DNA of 64,000 nucleotides from Candidatus Omnitrophota bacterium (GTDB lineage: Bacteria; Omnitrophota; Gorgyraeia; Gygaellales; Profunditerraquicolaceae), in assembly GCA_050012075.1 (NCBI GenBank), contig JBEKHW010000001.1:132766-196765 (forward strand), written 5' to 3'. The position numbers and the translations under genes were made by a program. How positions within the stretch are numbered: position 1 is the first letter of the stretch; the number at the start of each line of letters is the position of its first letter. Positions 63,001 through 64,000 of this stretch are shown here, piece by piece. Under the pieces are notes generated by a model. That model did no database searches. It saw nothing but the letters and a program-made list of their open reading frames with translations, and had not been told where the DNA came from.

Positions 63001-64000
63001 CCCGCATGCTATATATCGAAAAACTATTACCGTGACAGTCGGTTAATGTAATATCTCCTATCGTAGCTTTCTTGGTCAGATAATTGTTTACGGAGATGGT
63101 AGGGTAGTTCGGTTTTTCTCCGGTGAGGATATACTGCGCTGCGGCAGGAACCCGATGCAGCGATTTTGATATTAGTCCCTTCTTGTACAGATTATAAATA
63201 TAAACTTCTCCTACGCCGCTATCTGCCAATATAGGCAAAATCTCTTCGGCTTTATTGAAACTGTTTTCATAAATAACTGCCCCGCTCTTTGGATCGACCA
63301 CTGACCCGATATCAGCTAAGTTCATAGCAACCGTCAATTCCTTGATTTGATGGCCGTTGCTTAACGCCTGATCTTTTAAAGGAGATGATCCTACCTGGCT
63401 ATTTTGATGGGCTGCGGCAGAAAGAGAGCCCCCACCAGCCACGGAGAGGTAATCCTTTTCTACATTAATGTTTTTATTTCTATCTCTCTGCACAAAGCCA
63501 TTCTCCGAACTTGCCTTTACTGTCGTCGGCGAAGAGCCGTTTGAGTTATTTCCCTGGAAGACCGTGTTTCTAAGCACCTCCCATGTTAAACCTCCCTTAA
63601 TATTTATTTTAATATTCCTGTACTCACCCCACCCTTTGTAGATACGCAAATAACCGTTATGGATATGCAAGGGAATTATAAAAAGGAGTTCCTTTTTCAT
63701 TCTTTCATCTTTAAATACAGAAGATAATTCTTCGAATTCTTTGATACAACCTTCGCTGTCTAGCATCCAAGACTTATTGGCTGCGGCAACTGCTTCGTAA
63801 GGATCGTTATGCAGGAAATAGTTGCCTGATCCAAACTCTTTTTTAAATTTATCAACCATAAAACTATTCTGCTCGTGGTAATTAGTCAGCCAAAGGTGGG
63901 ACATTTCCTCTAACAACTGGAGCAGGAATTCTTTTGACGACTCTGCTTTTATTAAAACAGCTTTATCTTCCAAATAGGCTATAGCTCCTACAGTTCCTTT
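2..64000 (-). CDS. Giant multidomain protein (at least 21,333 aa; partial, open at both window edges), Omnitrophota-type giant gene or putative polyprotein
   Basis: The minus-strand frame with codons starting at + positions congruent to 2 mod 3 is open at both ends (KGTVGAIAYLEDK at 64000; KIIPSFAEKDRYDLKRVAKE at 2). It gave stop-free protein with recognisable motifs at dozens of checked positions. The ORF track shows no long minus-strand ORF ending inside the window, which is expected only if this frame has no stop. Not every codon was checked by eye. Confidence 0.93.
1040..2010 (-). other. TPR-like helical module (paralog of 34430-35340)
   Basis: CEFCTRFAHQRMKQGRYKEAAVFLQTAREI...ILAYRRLG...GNFKKAAGLFIESLSLFLKW shows a TPR-like pattern. 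Confidence 0.55.
3545..4195 (-). other. Divergent sigma70-family domain (regions 1.2/2/3/4-like)
   Basis: EIRLCREIKKGNTNASQVFLKSH (r1.2/2.1-like), GIGVNDLFNEANLAF (r2.2-like), VSLSAARYGDEG..TTWLDTF (r3.2-like), ALAQLPAYKQKLF..GTSIDELSDSFGMHAKTLKQ (r4 HTH-like). Confidence 0.7.
5042..6322 (-). other. SNF2/SWI2-family helicase-like ATPase domain (both RecA lobes)
   Basis: ILADEPGMGKT (Walker A, about 6236-6268), LIVCP, IIADEAH (DEAH at 5942-5953), TATP, FMLRRYKEEVLCDLPPK, KIVIFSNF, DEDWVP, DREHRFGQTKPVLVY. Confidence 0.93.
6860..9830 (-). repeat. Array of about 10 helix-turn-helix motifs, including a diverged ~1.14-kb (~380-aa) tandem duplication
   Basis: Examples: VAGFFGESVYTINGWL, VAGFFGVSTAAVRRWL, MAKYFNVTDTTI, IAKVFNISASTVKGW, IAHKFNIPVSMVGEW, IAKFFAISEGEV. 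The DNA string cagtaaaccttgataaactg occurs at 7812 and 8949 (offset 1137). Confidence 0.75.
9947..10501 (-). repeat. Three tandem ~63-70-aa basic repeats (YPTxESxxxELxRRAxLxGGxLNN...GGxxxL...xLP)
   Basis: The DNA core ggcacgcctgg-x-agttct recurs at about 10060, 10268 and 10457, and the three translated units align. Confidence 0.85.
10560..11260 (-). other. HEAT/ARM-like helical repeat region
   Basis: LLGSDNPQLILQSADLAAEFRREELVPALKEAL, RIALLRAIAVL, ICRCIAETLLMMGDEDGLDYFADLL, LRLNSAEAL. Confidence 0.55.
12500..13740 (-). other. Tandem XRE/Cro-C1-type HTH domains
   Basis: YGERLKLLRLCCGLSLKQAADLLGISFSALSKYETG and a second copy PGECLVLLRLCCGWSRQEAGPAYGVSDPALRRIE, plus more degenerate copies. Confidence 0.85.
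13829..14230 (-). other. Sigma70 region-4 HTH fused directly to an RNA polymerase alpha-CTD-like domain
   Basis: TLEELKEQLRITRERVRQIEKIVLGKI (sigma r4.2 signature), then FSKRVIKAFEILNIKTIAELCAKRIEDFSRVEGFGENSLKEVVTALSRYNL (alpha-CTD signature). Confidence 0.88.
15560..16460 (-). other. EreA/ChaN/TraB(Tiki)-like alpha/beta domain
   Basis: The motif order FDFH...VIVENG...KLRDEGV...IIIILRGITH matches the H..E..RD..GxxH pattern of this superfamily. Confidence 0.5.
17150..17870 (-). other. Protein-kinase-like fold domain, degenerate catalytic loop
   Basis: FYAKGV...PQGG...GRLLRLMHNAGFTHSWFNADQF...IFDLGSS. The HxDLxxxN loop is altered and a DLG (DFG-like) motif is retained. Confidence 0.6.
18260..18700 (-). 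other. Class I SAM-dependent methyltransferase-like (DOT1-like) domain, degenerate motif I
   Basis: KLRPGDKFLKIGIDDRR..ARGFEVD..GDFREEDFSAYDVIFYF..AMRPGSRFIV. Confidence 0.65.
18881..19720 (-). repeat. Seven ~40-41-aa repeats; predicted 7-bladed beta-propeller (NHL/SMP-30-like)
   Basis: A unit of the form KEIAKG...xxYxGxIYxxD....LxKINPKxGxY is repeated 7 times with a period of about 120-123 bp. Confidence 0.85.
19880..20560 (-). other. SidJ-related pseudokinase domain
   Basis: YLARK..LEREAGIM..YIAYIAKPEYFIY..LAKLLKLGYIHKSLSPLTH..QWFW..GGIEKL..SNIRLRGLADFAH matches the motif order of the SidJ/SdjA family as I recall it. Confidence 0.7.
20770..21270 (-). other. Uncharacterised alpha/beta domain
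   Basis: IGYCSDECW..LLGGTLLM..LIDRGLSPR..GLGTNNPDI..FNGHDITCGKCVVIR looks like a compact domain, but no family can be named with confidence. Confidence 0.35.
22370..23290 (-). repeat. Nine tandem 36-aa (108-bp) helical repeats with a hypervariable segment
   Basis: The core actgcctcaactgc or a near match occurs at about 22376, 22484, 22592, 22667, 22775, 22886, 22994, 23102 and 23210 (spacings 108,108,75,108,111,108,108,108; all multiples of 3). The unit is IxxC-[variable]-AGxIAVEAVKNxLPGISxxDVxxx. Confidence 0.95.
23465..23780 (-). other. LRV/HEAT-like repeats
   Basis: AIRLAVAL, TAIALNRKTPAQILREL, QFIAKNPNTPQDVL. Confidence 0.6.
23850..24700 (-). other. GlnD/GlnE-like nucleotidyltransferase domain plus helical substrate-binding domain
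   Basis: ALLGYGSVARKQMVLYSDTDF (GS..R....SDxD), LNLKYGNGTLRN, ALSFLLLVRNELHHYRGQEDDRL..QQAIAKRLG. Confidence 0.82.
26080..26620 (-). other. Two tandem S1 (OB-fold) RNA-binding-like domains
   Basis: GIRVSYFYQGREIYSLLPHGLI..GEKVTAYL..PIFSVTR and GFLCDYKGWQGFIPF..LGQTFWATCVEI..PEFSIYQA resemble ribosomal protein S1 repeats. Confidence 0.6.
26667..26704. repeat. 15-bp tandem repeat (about 2.5 copies) encoding LPTPY
   Basis: gtaggaaggtatggc twice plus gtaggaag, in frame, within a Pro-rich linker. Confidence 0.9.
28574..34411 (-). other. Long (~1,950 aa) SSP-free helical/coiled-coil/TPR-like module of unknown function
   Basis: E/K/Q/A-rich heptad stretches and TPR-like elements (QYPQALELI, DFDAAQEIL, EFRQALNLV, DFNAARAKV). 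A weak HhH/alpha-CTD-like segment lies near 29890-30050. Confidence 0.45.
34430..35340 (-). other. TPR-like helical module (paralog of 1040-2010)
   Basis: CESFMRRANSRISYNRYDEALIFAEEARKI...NEGVL..ILAYCRL..GDFKKAHSLFQRGLRLFIKW. Confidence 0.6.
35402..35746 (-). other. SSP-flanked mini-module with a lipoprotein-type signal and a C-terminal transmembrane helix
   Basis: Immediately after SSP comes AAKYILIALTPGLLCLFTSC (Cys at 35687-35689). The C-terminal hydrophobic stretch LTIIEACVLGLFLTALGAAF is followed by a basic tail. Confidence 0.5.
38860..40070 (-). other. Winged-HTH, coiled coil and HATPase_c (GHKL) module, histidine-kinase-like and degenerate
   Basis: TVRYMARSFGLAQEEVKGAVQALSALGLVEK (wHTH), FADFVDNA (N box), VSNKGQPIP (G1 with D>N), LFDLGVSARKGGKGIGT (F/G2), YGGSINV..TTYFMVYLP. 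Confidence 0.75.
40110..41015 (-). other. Formyltransferase domain (Fmt/ArnA-N-like)
   Basis: FLNVHPSVLPRLRGAAPVIGAILHG..ETGITVHKVSEEYDRGDI, and C-terminal IDW...IRAF. Confidence 0.92.
42020..42260 (-). other. Transglutaminase/papain-like domain with an intact Cys-His-Asp triad
   Basis: SGVCQIFS (C at 42218), EHSYPLV (H at 42116), VVVDAALGQF (D at 42074). Confidence 0.72.
42830..43070 (-). other. ADP-ribosyltransferase-like domain
   Basis: FRLYHGS (H at 43037)...AYFTRHIEYAKEHA...GEVIRVEIP...EFEELVV fits the LYHG..YFT..A..E pattern of the ART fold. Confidence 0.68.
43750..44620 (-). other. Multi-pass membrane module with an Mpv17/PMP22-like domain
   Basis: About 7 hydrophobic helices and VKIAFDQFIWTS (Mpv17 KxxxDQ motif). 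Confidence 0.62.
44730..45560 (-). other. Inositol monophosphatase-family (FIG superfamily) domain
   Basis: IVTEADQ, FPEHGIIAEE, WVIDPIDGTKAF, LWDAVP..AGGVVSDFNG. Confidence 0.93.
45900..46738 (-). other. Internal twin-arginine (Tat)-like signal followed by a degenerate paralog of the 15560-16460 domain
   Basis: SSRRGFLVKFIGTVLAILG (46682-46738), then ILYCFH...IFPE...VLVIRGLQS. Confidence 0.5.
47850..48290 (-). other. Small domain with RAPP and HExxE...H motifs (putative zincin-like)
   Basis: ALAARAPPF...LIRHERNEFATGSHLLA. Confidence 0.35.
48303..48459. repeat. Dispersed nucleotide element GCTGCGGC-N-CCCCACCAGCCACG(G/A)AGAGG (two copies here; others at 61674-61775 and 63411-63449)
   Basis: The ~20-bp core lies at 48322, 48439, 61691 and 63430. 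Regions 48303-48400 and 61674-61775 align over about 100 bp. Confidence 0.85.
48790..49270 (-). other. RelA/SpoT (p)ppGpp synthetase-like domain, degenerate
   Basis: FSRIKQYKSLIIKL, LDDILGFNFII, PGFEAVNLFI, IKVQFRF, YYVYK correspond to RxK..S..K, DxxGxR, GYxSxH, ExQxRT and HxxYK, with several catalytic substitutions. Confidence 0.7.
49780..50680 (-). other. CPBP (CAAX/Abi) intramembrane metalloprotease module
   Basis: APIIEEVLFRG, FSDSH, SITMHFLIN and several TM helices. Confidence 0.9.
50780..51560 (-). other. Two RpiB/LacAB sugar-phosphate isomerase domains (one near-complete, one N-truncated)
   Basis: IAIGGDHGAFALKE..YPKFA..GIVMCTTGIGISIATNK..VRCALC..HANILALG. The second copy is FANKKAGIRAA..TRQHNSANIL..EFEGGRHAQR and lacks the DH motif and the Cys. 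Confidence 0.9.
51570..52600 (-). other. Aldose 1-epimerase (galactose mutarotase-like) domain
   Basis: ELGGTIVDL, GGIPFMFPWTSRI, NALHG, FGDHWW, SIQPTT (expected IEP, so E>Q). Confidence 0.82.
52690..53320 (-). other. Multi-pass membrane module (weakly Mpv17-like)
   Basis: At least 5 hydrophobic helices starting just after the SSP at 53363 (SSRRLIVSAVCLTALVTGAIGLSLFG), plus GDFVG and WVVPLNYWYL segments. Confidence 0.45.
54600..54930 (-). repeat. Three 37-aa (111-bp) beta-rich repeats
   Basis: IDA...LTHLATRK....LTxR...T.xIIF occurs twice, with a third diverged unit. The DNA offset is 111 bp (about 54759 vs 54870). Confidence 0.8.
55160..55990 (-). other. Gluzincin-type zinc metallopeptidase flanked by two TM helices
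   Basis: N-terminal TM ALLLVALLAIEIGAAFLLL, HEALH (55637-55651), LDEGMT, and C-terminal TM WAVPTGMALYVLLLGAILTA. Confidence 0.75.
56460..57440 (-). other. PfkB/ribokinase-family sugar kinase domain (1-phosphofructokinase-like)
   Basis: AGGGAANTA, IAPNKEEF, VVSPVGAGDSANAGF, GAATVTLPGT. Confidence 0.92.
57740..58415 (-). other. HAD-superfamily phosphatase domain
   Basis: AVVFDMDGTV, LTPGIKELILDLKQRGIKVFLATS, ALVDDS. Confidence 0.9.
58790..60060 (-). other. Metallo-beta-lactamase/beta-CASP ribonuclease domain (CPSF73/YSH1-like)
   Basis: ITPLGGVDEPGKS, LLLDIG, THAHFDHSG, AGHILGAA, YSGD, MEALYG, PAFAIGRSTE, SGM..GG, FVGY, AHAD, LVH. Confidence 0.94.
60100..60840 (-). other. Ribulose-phosphate 3-epimerase (Rpe)-like domain
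   Basis: IEPSVL, HIDVID, DAHLMV, ITLH.E, ALNP, MSVYPGRGGQKF, IDGGIN, AGANVFVAG. Confidence 0.92.
61950..63330 (-). other. GH13 alpha-amylase-family catalytic domain
   Basis: GMGVIVDFIP (region I), GARADLPHLL (nucleophile D), FIMEAY (acid/base E), SNYDE (region IV, H>Y). Confidence 0.8.

Larger units (their letters stand above)
1004..63535 (-). repeat. Dispersed peptide linker [G/A/S]-S-S-P-[A/L/T/S], about 42 copies at domain boundaries
   Basis: Lowest + coordinate of each in-frame SSP: 1004, 2021, 2861, 7625, 10526, 12254, 13757, 14732, 15476, 16553, 16988, 18845, 20627, 20669, 23447, 24788, 25655, 28565, 34412, 35390, 35747, 38831, 40085, 41039, 42809, 43673, 44687, 45602, 48548, 49682, 50723, 53363, 55100, 56045, 56420, 57695, 58451, 60851, 61703, 61820, 63380, 63527. 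Variants are NSP at 3341 and TSP at 47831. It appears antisense as AGEL/AGEE/AGLE in many + shadow ORFs. Confidence 0.92.

Noticed and set aside
40110-63330. Calling fmt, suhB, rpiB, rpe, pfkB and similar as separate genes or an operon
   Set aside because: No stop codons or intergenic gaps were seen between them. They share one frame and are joined by SSP linkers, so gene symbols were withheld.
2-64000. Alternative genetic code or stop-codon readthrough as the reason for the long frame
   Set aside because: No TAA, TAG or TGA was met in frame at any checked position, so recoding is not needed to explain it.

Overview
The whole 64-kb window is an internal part of one giant open reading frame on the minus strand (codons at + positions 2-4 through 63998-64000, at least 21,333 codons, open at both ends). 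The supplied ORF track misses it because the frame has no stop codon in the window; the short ORFs it lists are shadow ORFs. Translating by hand gives a beads-on-a-string protein. About 42 copies of a [G/A/S]-S-S-P-[A/L/T/S] linker separate mostly self-contained modules. In + coordinate order these are: TPR-like, sigma70-like, SNF2 ATPase, HTH arrays, sigma-r4 plus RNAP alpha-CTD, EreA/ChaN-like, kinase-like and methyltransferase-like, 7-bladed beta-propeller, SidJ-like pseudokinase, a 36-aa hypervariable repeat, GlnD-like NTase, S1 domains, HATPase, formyltransferase, Cys-His-Asp transglutaminase/protease fold, ADP-ribosyltransferase-like, Mpv17-like, inositol monophosphatase, RelA/SpoT-like, CPBP protease, RpiB, aldose epimerase, gluzincin, PfkB, HAD, beta-CASP nuclease, Rpe and GH13. 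An internal lipoprotein-type signal follows one linker, an internal Tat-type signal occurs mid-chain, and many modules look catalytically eroded. The architecture resembles the giant genes of Ca. Omnitrophota (inference). The leading hypothesis is a bacterial polyprotein or effector cocktail processed at SSP sites. All domain calls come from motifs read by eye, with no database searches, and boundaries are approximate.
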